DNA from: Candidatus Omnitrophota bacterium | Lineage (GTDB): Bacteria > Ratteibacteria > UBA8468 > MWAK01 | Reading direction: 5' to 3' | Assembly: GCA_043826355.1 (NCBI GenBank) | Contig: JBDRQI010000009.1 | Coordinates: forward strand, 8,625-72,624 | DNA length: 64,000 nucleotides | In this document: positions 47,979-56,252 of the stretch, piece by piece | Numbering within the stretch: position 1 is the stretch's first letter | Layout of the letters: every line of letters starts with the position of its first letter | The notes under the pieces: generated by a model | What the model saw: only the letters and a program-made list of their open reading frames with translations | What the model was told of the DNA's origin: nothing | The model's database searches: none | Program-made: the position numbers and the translations under genes

Positions 47979-50804
47979 ATGGAAAGAACGATTGAGGTAC
48001 GGGTAATTCCCCGGGCCGGACGGAACGAGGTAAAAGAAGATGGAGAACAGTTGAGGGTGTACCTGACCGCGCCGGCGGAAGAGAACCGGGCCAACCAGGC
48101 GCTGATTAAGATCCTGGCAGAATATTGGGGGGTCAAAAAATCTATGGTTACCATCAAAAAAGGGCTGCGCAGCCGGCAGAAAGTAATTAAGGTAATCACC
48201 CTCCTAACGCTGATTCTGTTGCGGACCTCTTTCTCTTCCGCCGCGGAACTTCCTCAGCGCCGGATTTCTGAATTTCACCCGGACAACGGATTCACCCTGC
48301 TCGCAGAGGAGGTCTCCGGCAGTCAACTGGCAAACTTTTCCCTGTTAATAAAGACCGGGTCAACCACCGAAGGCACCCTGATGGGAAGCGGGGTTACCCA
48401 TCTTCTGGAACACCTTATCTTTAAAGGAAAGGAAACGGAACGGCTGTCCGCGGTGGTGGAGAATAACGGCGGTTACACCAACGCCTATACCACGCATGAT
48501 TATACGCTCTTTACGGCCACCGTGCCCGCCGAAAGTTGGCGGGAAATAATGCCGGCGCTCCTGCGTTCAATCTTTCAGCCGGACTTCACCCCGGAAGATT
48601 TCAGCAAAGAACGGGAGGTTGTCCTCAGGGAGATAAGCCGCAACGAAGACCAGCCCGGTTATCAGGCCAGCCGCAACCTCTGGAATGCCGCATTCCTGGT
48701 CCATCCCTACCGTTTTCCAATCGGTGGTTATCCGGCGGTTCTTTCGGAAATAACCTACGCGGACTTAAAAGCATACCACCGCGCCTCTTATGCGCCGGGA
48801 AACGCAATACTGTCGGTAGCCGGGCCGGTTCCGGCGGAGGAACTCAAAAAAATCTGCGTTGAATCTCTGTTTGAATACAAGGCACAACCGGCATACCTCC
48901 CGACGGTTCCAGCCGAACCGGCGCAAATAAGTTCCCGGGAAAGAATGACCGAGTTCCCAACTCAACTAACTTACCTTTATTTCGGCTATCACATTGGCAG
49001 CCTGGCAGATAAGGACACCGTTGCGCTGGACATTCTGGCCGATATCCTGGGCAGAGGAAAAACCTCGCGGCTTTACCGGGCGCTGATTGAAAAGAAACTG
49101 GCTTATTCGGTGGGCAGCACCGCCTATACGCCAAAAGACCCGGGGCTCTTTATCGTTACCGCAGTCTGCCTTCCGGAAAAAACGGAGGAGGTTAAAGAAG
49201 TTATCCGAAAAGAGATTAAAAAAATCGGTTCCGGCATCTCCCGAAAGGAGTTGGCGGAAACGCAAAAAGGGATACGAAGTTCCCTCCTTTTTGGCCTGGA
49301 AACGGTTGAGGGCAGGGCATCCGACCTTGCCGTCAACTATTTTTTGACCGGAAATCCGCTCTATTCCCAAGCATATCTGGCAGAGATAAACCGGGTAAAA
49401 GAAACGGATGTAAAGATGGCCGCGCAAAAATACCTGCGTGAGGAAAATCTTACTTTTTCAGCGGTCGAACCAGCCGCCGCTCCAGCCACCCCCTCAATTC
49501 AAAATATCCTCCCCTCTCGCGCCAAAGGCGCACTCGCCTCTGGCGAGGACGGGGGAGGCGAGGCGGGGGTGAAAGGCACTCCGGCAATAAAGCTGGAACA
49601 TTTAAAAAACGGCATCCCTCTTTTAATAAAAGAAGAACGCAATTTGCCGATTGTCTCTATTTCGGTCTTTCTGAAAGGCGGACTCCTTTTTGAGGAAAAA
49701 GAGACCGCCGGACTCTTCCCCATCCTTTCAGAACTCCTGATTTCCGGCACAAAGGGAAAAGATAGCCGGCAGATCGCAGGCATCGTAAATTCCTGGGGCG
49801 GGTCCCTGGCGCCCTACAGCGGTAACAACAGTTTCGGCCTTACTTTAAACATGCCCTCGGAATCCTGGGAAAACGGCCTGAAACTCCTGGCCGAGATATT
49901 ACAGGAATCAACTTTTCCGGAAAAAGAACTGGACCGGCTCAAAGATGAGGCGTTGGGGGGCATCATCAGCCGGGAAGAAGACTCAATGGCGAGAGCGGAT
50001 GAAATTCTCCGGCAGTCCGTCTTCGGCAGCCATCCATACGGGCTGCCGGAAGGCGGGACCAGGGAAAGCGTCCGGCGCATCGACCAGTCCGTCCTCCGGA
50101 AAACCTTCCAAAAATTTCTGGCCAGCAATAACCTGGTCATCACCGTTTTCGGAGACATCAACGAAAAAAAGGTAAGCGCGGAAGCAAACCGGCTCTTCGC
50201 CAAGATGGGTCCGGCGGAAATCGTTTCGCCGGGACCGGCTTCAACAAAAACCTTAACAGCGCTAACCAAAAAGGAAACGACTGAAAAGAAGGAGGCGGCT
50301 ATCCTGATAGGATTCACCGGCGTCTCGGTTGCTTCGGAAGAAAGACCGCAACTTAACCTTTTAGCCGGCCTGCTCAACAGCCAGGAAGGCATCCTTTTCC
50401 AACGGCTGCGCGAAACAGAACCCCTGGTTTACAGCAGCGGCCTCGGCTATTTTCTGGGTCTGGAACCGGGCCTGCTTTACTTCTACGCACAATGCCAGCC
50501 GGAGAAGACGGCCCGGGTCCGGGAGGTGATAGAAGAAGTCATCGACCAATTAAAGAAACAGGCAATCAGCCCGGCGGAATTGGAAAGGGTGCGCGCCCGG
50601 GTCCTGGGAGGAGAAAAGATCGGCCGGCAGACCCTTTCCAGCCAGGCGCAGGAAGCCGGCCTTTCCCAGCTTTACGGACTGGGGTATGACTTTCCCGCAC
50701 AACTGGCGGAGCGGACAATGAAAGTTACGCCGGCCGGTCTGCAAAATTTTGCGCAAAGATATTTCCCGCCGGAGAAAAAAGTAGTCGTTGTCATCAGCCC
50801 GTAA
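47979..50804 (+). CDS. DUF167 (YggU-like) domain fused to M16 family zinc peptidase
   Basis: N-terminal VRVIPRA..APAEENRAN..SRQKV; hydrophobic linker; HLLEH, NAYTT, HPY motifs. Confidence 0.88.
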   Translation: MERTIEVRVIPRAGRNEVKEDGEQLRVYLTAPAEENRANQALIKILAEYWGVKKSMVTIKKGLRSRQKVIKVITLLTLILLRTSFSSAAELPQRRISEFHPDNGFTLLAEEVSGSQLANFSLLIKTGSTTEGTLMGSGVTHLLEHLIFKGKETERLSAVVENNGGYTNAYTTHDYTLFTATVPAESWREIMPALLRSIFQPDFTPEDFSKEREVVLREISRNEDQPGYQASRNLWNAAFLVHPYRFPIGGYPAVLSEITYADLKAYHRASYAPGNAILSVAGPVPAEELKKICVESLFEYKAQPAYLPTVPAEPAQISSRERMTEFPTQLTYLYFGYHIGSLADKDTVALDILADILGRGKTSRLYRALIEKKLAYSVGSTAYTPKDPGLFIVTAVCLPEKTEEVKEVIRKEIKKIGSGISRKELAETQKGIRSSLLFGLETVEGRASDLAVNYFLTGNPLYSQAYLAEINRVKETDVKMAAQKYLREENLTFSAVEPAAAPATPSIQNILPSRAKGALASGEDGGGEAGVKGTPAIKLEHLKNGIPLLIKEERNLPIVSISVFLKGGLLFEEKETAGLFPILSELLISGTKGKDSRQIAGIVNSWGGSLAPYSGNNSFGLTLNMPSESWENGLKLLAEILQESTFPEKELDRLKDEALGGIISREEDSMARADEILRQSVFGSHPYGLPEGGTRESVRRIDQSVLRKTFQKFLASNNLVITVFGDINEKKVSAEANRLFAKMGPAEIVSPGPASTKTLTALTKKETTEKKEAAILIGFTGVSVASEERPQLNLLAGLLNSQEGILFQRLRETEPLVYSSGLGYFLGLEPGLLYFYAQCQPEKTARVREVIEEVIDQLKKQAISPAELERVRARVLGGEKIGRQTLSSQAQEAGLSQLYGLGYDFPAQLAERTMKVTPAGLQNFAQRYFPPEKKVVVVISP
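49487..49571. repeat. C/G hairpin repeat with nested GCGCCAAAGGCGC element, in the M16 interdomain linker
   Basis: CACCCCCTC..CCTCCCC[TCTCGCGCCAAAGGCGCACTCGCCTCTGGCGAGGAC]GGGGGAGGCGAGGCGGGGGTG. Confidence 0.7.
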
Positions 50805-50810
50805 ATACAG

Positions 50811-50901
50811 TGTCATTCTAAAACATTATGTCATTCTGAGCGATAGCGAAGAATCTCATTCTTAAATGCGAGATCCTTCGCAAACACGGCTCAGGATGAC
50901 A
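50811..50901. repeat. TGTCATTCTGAG..CTCAGGATGACA element with duplicated left end
   Basis: Same family as 36751, 44484, 47872, 59070. Confidence 0.9.
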
Positions 50902-50910
50902 AATATTGCA

Positions 50911-52092
50911 ATGAAACCGCAAAGCGTCTACGCTTTATTAAAGCAGATTCCCCGGGGCAGGGTTACAACCTACGGCGCCATCGCCCGCGTCTTAAAAGAG
51001 CCGAAAGCCGTCCGACGGGTCGGTCAAATCCTGAAACAGAATCCCCGACCGATAAAAATGCCCTGCCACCGGGTCGTCCGCTCCGATGGCAAAGTCGGCG
51101 GATACTGCGGAAGCAGTCCGGCCGATATCAAGAAAAAGATAACGCTCCTTAAATCCGAAGGGATTGAATTCAAAAACGGAAAAGAGGTGCGCGTCTTTCC
51201 GTTGCGCCGTTTCCTCTACACCGGCTTATTGTCTGCATTTCTTTTGCTTACAGCCCATTTTTCTTCCGCCGAAGAGACCGTTCCGGCAAAGATTAACCCG
51301 GGAATTCTACCCCTGGCGGGCGAACCAACAACCTATACGGTGCAGGAAGGCGATTTTCTTTTTCTTGTTGCGCGCCGTTATGGCATCGGTTACCCCGCAA
51401 TTGTCCGGGCCAACCGGATTATTGACCCGAACAAAATTTTTATAAACCAAAAACTCATCCTTCCCAAAGAGGCGATCGTCCCAAAAGTTGTCAGCCAGGG
51501 CATCATCATTAACCTTCCCGAATACCGGCTATACCTTTTCAGCGGAGGAACGTTAACGGGAATATACCCGGTGGCAATCGGCCTGCCGACCTGGCAGACG
51601 CCAACCGGTGAATTCACGGTTTTCAACAAGGTAAAAGACCCGGCCTGGTATATGCCCCCGGAGATAGCCAGGAGAGAGAACGTGGAAAGGGAGATAATCC
51701 CGGCCGGTCCCAACAATCCCCTGGGCGACCGCTGGATTGGAACCTCAATCAAGCATACCGGTATTCACGGCACCAACCAGCCGATGTCAATCGGTAAATC
51801 ATTAAGCCACGGATGTATCCGCCTGTACCCGGAGGACATCCAGAAGGTCTTTGATGCGGTGGGTGTGGGCGACCCGGGCGAATTTCTTTACGAACCGGTC
51901 AAAATCACTGTCCATAATCGGGAAATAATCATTGAAGTACATCCCGATATTTACAGCCTGATACCCGACACGGAAAAATTGGCCAGAGAAAAAATAGGGA
52001 AACTTAACCTGTCGGAAAAGATTGACTCGGAAAAATTAGAGAGAGCAATTAAAAATTCATCCGGGGTCCCGGTACGAATCAATCTGGACTAA
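50911..52092 (+). CDS. MGMT/Ogt-type DNA alkyltransferase domain fused to LysM + L,D-transpeptidase (YkuD)
   Basis: IPRGRVTTYG..PCHRVV; signal-like segment; YTVQEGD LysM; GIHGTN..SHGCIRL. Confidence 0.88.
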   Translation: MKPQSVYALLKQIPRGRVTTYGAIARVLKEPKAVRRVGQILKQNPRPIKMPCHRVVRSDGKVGGYCGSSPADIKKKITLLKSEGIEFKNGKEVRVFPLRRFLYTGLLSAFLLLTAHFSSAEETVPAKINPGILPLAGEPTTYTVQEGDFLFLVARRYGIGYPAIVRANRIIDPNKIFINQKLILPKEAIVPKVVSQGIIINLPEYRLYLFSGGTLTGIYPVAIGLPTWQTPTGEFTVFNKVKDPAWYMPPEIARRENVEREIIPAGPNNPLGDRWIGTSIKHTGIHGTNQPMSIGKSLSHGCIRLYPEDIQKVFDAVGVGDPGEFLYEPVKITVHNREIIIEVHPDIYSLIPDTEKLAREKIGKLNLSEKIDSEKLERAIKNSSGVPVRINLD

Positions 52093-52099
52093 CCGCGCG

Positions 52100-52129
52100 T
52101 TGACGGCGGGATAACGGAAAAGATATAAT
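52100..52129 (+). promoter_or_regulatory. Sigma70 promoter of tRNA-Ala
   Basis: TTGACG-N18-TATAAT ending 13 nt before the tRNA. Confidence 0.7.
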
Positions 52130-52142
52130 TTAGGAAGTTATC

Positions 52143-52215
<73 letters not shown>

Positions 52216-52344
52216 CTTCGGTTCGAATGGAGTCGATGGGAGCGAAGTCAGGCAAAGCGACTGATTAAGGAGCGTTGCCAGCGGGTGGCCGACCCGAGGC
52301 GAAGTGAAAGCCGAGGGCGCCGACTCCCTTATCCTCCACCACTC

Positions 52345-52512
52345 GGATTATCTTTTTTGACACACGCGCTGCGTGTCAGGCAAAACCTACGCAACGAGGA
52401 GACGAGACTCGCCGTGTTCTCGCCAAGAAAAATGGCGAGCCACGGCTACTCATCTCCTCGTAATGCTTGTTTTGCACTGCCCCTACGCGAAGTGTGACAA
52501 AAGAGATAATCC
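52345..52512. other. 168-nt imperfect rod-like hairpin (MITE-like element or structured RNA)
   Basis: Nested complementary blocks GGATTATCT/AGATAATCC, GCAAAAC/GTTTTGC, ACGAGGAGA/TCTCCTCGT, GCCGTG/CACGGC, CTCGCCA/TGGCGAG. Confidence 0.7.
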
Positions 52513-52536
52513 TCGCTCAATTTTTTCCCTATAATT

Positions 52537-52749
52537 ATGAAGGTGTATCTGGCGTTTCTGGCGGCGCTGGCGCTGGCTTTCCTCCTTTTAATGCACAACA
52601 TCCGGGGCCTGCGCACCGAAAAGGTGCTTAAAGAAGGGGCGGTCTGGCAGGAGGTGCACATCGTTTGGGACTGGAATAAGATGGCCGCCTGGGGCAAAGA
52701 AAACTGGCCCTTTCAAAAACTGAAGCAGGAACAAAAAGAGAAAAAATGA
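52537..52749 (+). CDS. Small hypothetical membrane protein
   Basis: Hydrophobic N-terminus; stop overlaps nfo start (ATGA). Confidence 0.6.
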   Translation: MKVYLAFLAALALAFLLLMHNIRGLRTEKVLKEGAVWQEVHIVWDWNKMAAWGKENWPFQKLKQEQKEKK

Positions 52750-53585
52750 AATTCGGCCTTCACATCTCCATCGCCGGAAAGATTTACGAGGCGGTTGACC
52801 GCGCCGCCGCTCTCTCCTGCGACACCTTCCAGATATTTTCACGCAACCCCAGGGGCTGGACGGCTAAAGTTCTGGAAGAACCGGAAACAGCGGAATTCCG
52901 TCAAAGGCGTACAAATTCAGGGATTGCGCCGGTTGCGGTCCATATCCCGTACCTGATAAACCTCGGCTCGCCGGAAGAAACTCTCTACCAAAAATCTATC
53001 CGGGCTTATACTGAAGACATCCGGCGGGCAGACCTCCTGGGCGCCGAATACTTTGTCACCCACCTGGGCAGCCACCGGGGAAAAGGGGAGGGGTTCGGAT
53101 TAAAAAGGATTGCGGACGGGCTGCAAACAGCCCTTTCCGAAACCGGACCGAAGCTAAAGGTCTTGCTTGAAAATACCGCGGGCAGCGGAGACAGTTTAGG
53201 CCATTCCCCGGAACAAATCGCCCGTATCCTGGAGATGGTTCCGGAAGAGAAGCGCCTGGGGCTCTGCCTGGATACCGCCCACGCCTACGGAGCCGGTTAC
53301 GACATATCTGACGCAGAAAAGTTGAACGCCTTCCTGGAAAAGATTGAACGGCTTCTGGGAAAGACGCGGCTTTGCCTTATTCACGCCAATGACTCCAAAG
53401 CGGCCTTAGGCAGCCGGGTTGACCGCCACGATGACATCGGCGCGGGACAGATCGGGCTGGACGGTTTCCGGATAATCGTTAATCACCCTAAGTTAAAAGC
53501 GATACCTTTCATCCTGGAAACACCCAAAAAAGACCCGGATGAGGACGCAAGAAATTTGAAAACAATAAGGTCACTGGTAAAATGA
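52746..53585 (+). CDS. nfo: Endonuclease IV
   Basis: GLHISIAG, QIFSRNPR, HIPYLINL, LENTAG, CLDTAH, HANDSK, DRH, ILETP. Confidence 0.96.
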   Translation: MKFGLHISIAGKIYEAVDRAAALSCDTFQIFSRNPRGWTAKVLEEPETAEFRQRRTNSGIAPVAVHIPYLINLGSPEETLYQKSIRAYTEDIRRADLLGAEYFVTHLGSHRGKGEGFGLKRIADGLQTALSETGPKLKVLLENTAGSGDSLGHSPEQIARILEMVPEEKRLGLCLDTAHAYGAGYDISDAEKLNAFLEKIERLLGKTRLCLIHANDSKAALGSRVDRHDDIGAGQIGLDGFRIIVNHPKLKAIPFILETPKKDPDEDARNLKTIRSLVK

Positions 53586-56104
53586 AATACGAACCAACGG
53601 AAATTGAAAAGAAATGGCAGGGGTTCTGGGAGGAAAAGAAGGTCTTTCTCACCCGGCCTGAAGGCAGGAAGAACTACATCCTGGAGATGTTCCCCTACAC
53701 CAGCGCCCAGATTCACATGGGCCACGTGCGCAACTACACCATCGGCGATGTTATCGCCCGGCAGAAGATGATGACCGGTTATTCCCTCCTGCACCCCATC
53801 GGCTACGACTCTTTCGGGATGCCGGCGGAGAATGCGGCCATCAAGCAGAAGATTCACCCGGCCGACTGGACCTACCGGAATGCGGAAACCATCCGGCGCC
53901 AGTTAAAACTCCTGGGCCTCTCCTACGATTGGAACCGGGAGGTCATCACCTGCGCCCCGGATTACTACCGCTGGAACCAGTACTTTTTTTTGAAACTGCT
54001 GGAAAAAGACCTCGCCTACCGCAAAAAATCCATCGCCAACTGGTGCCGTTCCTGCAAAACAATCCTGGCCAACGAACAGGTCATCAACGGAAAATGCTGG
54101 CGCTGTTCCAGCGAGGTGATTCAGAAAGAACTGGAGCAGTGGTTCTTCCGCATCACCGCCTACGCGGAGGAACTTCTGGACAATTCCGGACTTACCGGGT
54201 GGCCGGAACGGGTGAAGATAATGCAGGCGAACTGGATCGGCAAGAGCATTGGCGTGGAAATATTCTTCCCGGTTCCGGACCTGAAACAGACCCTCTCGGT
54301 CTTTACCACCCGGGCCGACACTATCTTTGGCGCCACCTACGTGGTCCTTTCGCCGGACCATCCGCTGGTAACGGAAATTACAGCGGTCTCAAAAAATAAA
54401 CCGGAAATAGAATCATTCCTGGAGCGGAGCCGGAAAGCCAGAGACCCGGAAGAGATGGTCAAGGAAGGGGTCTTTACCGGAATCAAGGCGCGCAACCCGG
54501 TCAACAACGAAGAGATACCGCTCTTCCTGGCGAATTACGTTTTAGCCGGATACGGAACCGGCGCCATCATGGCGGTTCCGGCTCACGACAGCCGTGATTT
54601 TGAATTCGCCAAATTATATAAACTCCCTGTCCGGGAAGTGATCCGTCCGCCGGATTCTCCATCCAACAACCCAATTTGTAGGGGCTCGATTCATCGAGCC
54701 CGCGGGTCGGATGAATCCGACCCCTACATTGACGATGTGACACTGCACTCCGCCTACGAAGAACCCGGAGTCCTGGTTAACTCCGGCAACTTCAGCAGCC
54801 TGCCGAGCGAAGAAGCCAAAGAGAAGATTGCCGATTGGATGGAAAAAACCGGTATCGGAAAAAAGACCATCCACTACCGGCTGCGTGACTGGTGCATCTC
54901 CCGCCAGCGCTACTGGGGCACGCCCATTCCAATCATCTACTGCGAAAAATGCGGGATTGTCCCGGTTCCGGAATCAGAACTGCCCCTTATTCTGCCCAAA
55001 AACGTTGTCATTACCGGCACCGGCGGTTCGCCGTTGGATATAGCATCGTTCGCTGATTGTGCCTGTCCGAAGTGCCGGGGGAACGGCCGAAGGGAGACCG
55101 ATACGATGGACACCTTCGTGGACTCCTCCTGGTATTTCCTGCGGTATGCCTCCGGAGATTGGAAAGATAAACCGTTTGACTCCAAAGAAGTAAATTTTTG
55201 GATGCCGGTAGACCAGTATATCGGCGGCATTGAACACGCCATCCTCCATCTTCTTTACAGCCGCTTCTTCGTAAAGACCCTGCGCGACCTGGGCCTGGTC
55301 GCTTTCCACGAACCGTTCACCAACCTGCTCTGCCAGGGCATGGTCATCAAGGACGGCGCCAAGATGTCCAAGTCCAAAGGGAACGTGGTTGACCCGGAAG
55401 CGATGATTAAAAGATACGGAGCGGACACCATCCGGCTCTTCATCCTCTTTGCCGCCCCGCCGGAAATGGACCTGGAATGGAGTGACCACGGCATGGAGGG
55501 CTGCTGGCGCTTCCTGAACCGGGTGTGGAACCTGGCGGAAAACTGTAGGGGCGCCATTCATGGCGCCCGCGGGTCGGATGAATCCGACCCCTACGTTAAT
55601 CTCTCAAAAGTGGAAAAGGAATTCATCCGCCGCCAGCACCAAACCATCAAAAGTGTCACTGAAGACGCGGTCAACCGTTTCCAGTTCAATACCGCCATTG
55701 CGCGCCTAATGGAATTCAGCAACTATCTTTCCGCCGCAGCGGATAAGAACGATATCTCCGGAGCCAACCTCTCCGAAGGACTGACGACCATCGCGCTCCT
55801 GTTGGCGCCCTTCTGCCCCCATTTCTCCGAAGAACTCTGGGAAAAACTGGGGGGCAAACCCTCAATCTTTTCCCAAAAATGGCCTGATTACAACCCGGAA
55901 TTTCTGGTTGAAACCGAAAATGAAATAATAATCCAGGTCAACGGAAAGGTGCGCGGGCGCCTGAAAATAACAGCCGGCGCCGCAGAGGAAGAAGTTAAAT
56001 CCCGGGCGTGTTCCGACCCGAAAGTTGCCGCGCTCCTGGCCGGCAAAGAGGTTAAAAAAGTAATCGTGGTCCCCGGTAAATTAGTGAACATCGTAATAAT
56101 ATAA
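53582..56104 (+). CDS. leuS: Leucine--tRNA ligase with two REP-derived inserts
   Basis: MFPY..HMGH, FTTRADT, MAVPAHD, RLRDWCISRQRYWG, KMSKS. Confidence 0.98.
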   Translation: MKYEPTEIEKKWQGFWEEKKVFLTRPEGRKNYILEMFPYTSAQIHMGHVRNYTIGDVIARQKMMTGYSLLHPIGYDSFGMPAENAAIKQKIHPADWTYRNAETIRRQLKLLGLSYDWNREVITCAPDYYRWNQYFFLKLLEKDLAYRKKSIANWCRSCKTILANEQVINGKCWRCSSEVIQKELEQWFFRITAYAEELLDNSGLTGWPERVKIMQANWIGKSIGVEIFFPVPDLKQTLSVFTTRADTIFGATYVVLSPDHPLVTEITAVSKNKPEIESFLERSRKARDPEEMVKEGVFTGIKARNPVNNEEIPLFLANYVLAGYGTGAIMAVPAHDSRDFEFAKLYKLPVREVIRPPDSPSNNPICRGSIHRARGSDESDPYIDDVTLHSAYEEPGVLVNSGNFSSLPSEEAKEKIADWMEKTGIGKKTIHYRLRDWCISRQRYWGTPIPIIYCEKCGIVPVPESELPLILPKNVVITGTGGSPLDIASFADCACPKCRGNGRRETDTMDTFVDSSWYFLRYASGDWKDKPFDSKEVNFWMPVDQYIGGIEHAILHLLYSRFFVKTLRDLGLVAFHEPFTNLLCQGMVIKDGAKMSKSKGNVVDPEAMIKRYGADTIRLFILFAAPPEMDLEWSDHGMEGCWRFLNRVWNLAENCRGAIHGARGSDESDPYVNLSKVEKEFIRRQHQTIKSVTEDAVNRFQFNTAIARLMEFSNYLSAAADKNDISGANLSEGLTTIALLLAPFCPHFSEELWEKLGGKPSIFSQKWPDYNPEFLVETENEIIIQVNGKVRGRLKITAGAAEEEVKSRACSDPKVAALLAGKEVKKVIVVPGKLVNIVII
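54678..54727. repeat. GTAG..CTAC REP-like doublet, in frame in leuS
   Basis: GTAGGGGCTCGATTCATCGAGCCCGCGGGTCGGATGAATCCGACCCCTAC (CRGSIHRARGSDESDPY). Confidence 0.92.
55545..55594. repeat. GTAG..CTAC REP-like doublet, second copy in frame in leuS
   Basis: GTAGGGGCGCCATTCATGGCGCCCGCGGGTCGGATGAATCCGACCCCTAC (CRGAIHGARGSDESDPY). Confidence 0.92.
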
Positions 56105-56209
56105 GTAAGTTGTCAAATGCGCCGTCCCTGCAGAAACGGCAGGTTCGGCAACTGCAGACTCCCTGCCATACGCCGAAGAGGCGAAGAGAGTACAATTGCT
56201 GGCAGGGTT

Positions 56210-56240
56210 GTCATTCCCGCGGATAGTTAGCGGGAATCCA
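56210..56240 (+). repeat. GTCATTCCCGC..GCGGGAATCCA repeat
   Basis: Near-identical to 47225-47255. Confidence 0.82.
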
Positions 56241-56252
56241 AACCGAAAATTA

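Noticed and set aside
52345..52512. 6S RNA
   Set aside because: Length is similar, but I see no large central bubble or recognisable 6S motifs; kept only as an unassigned hairpin
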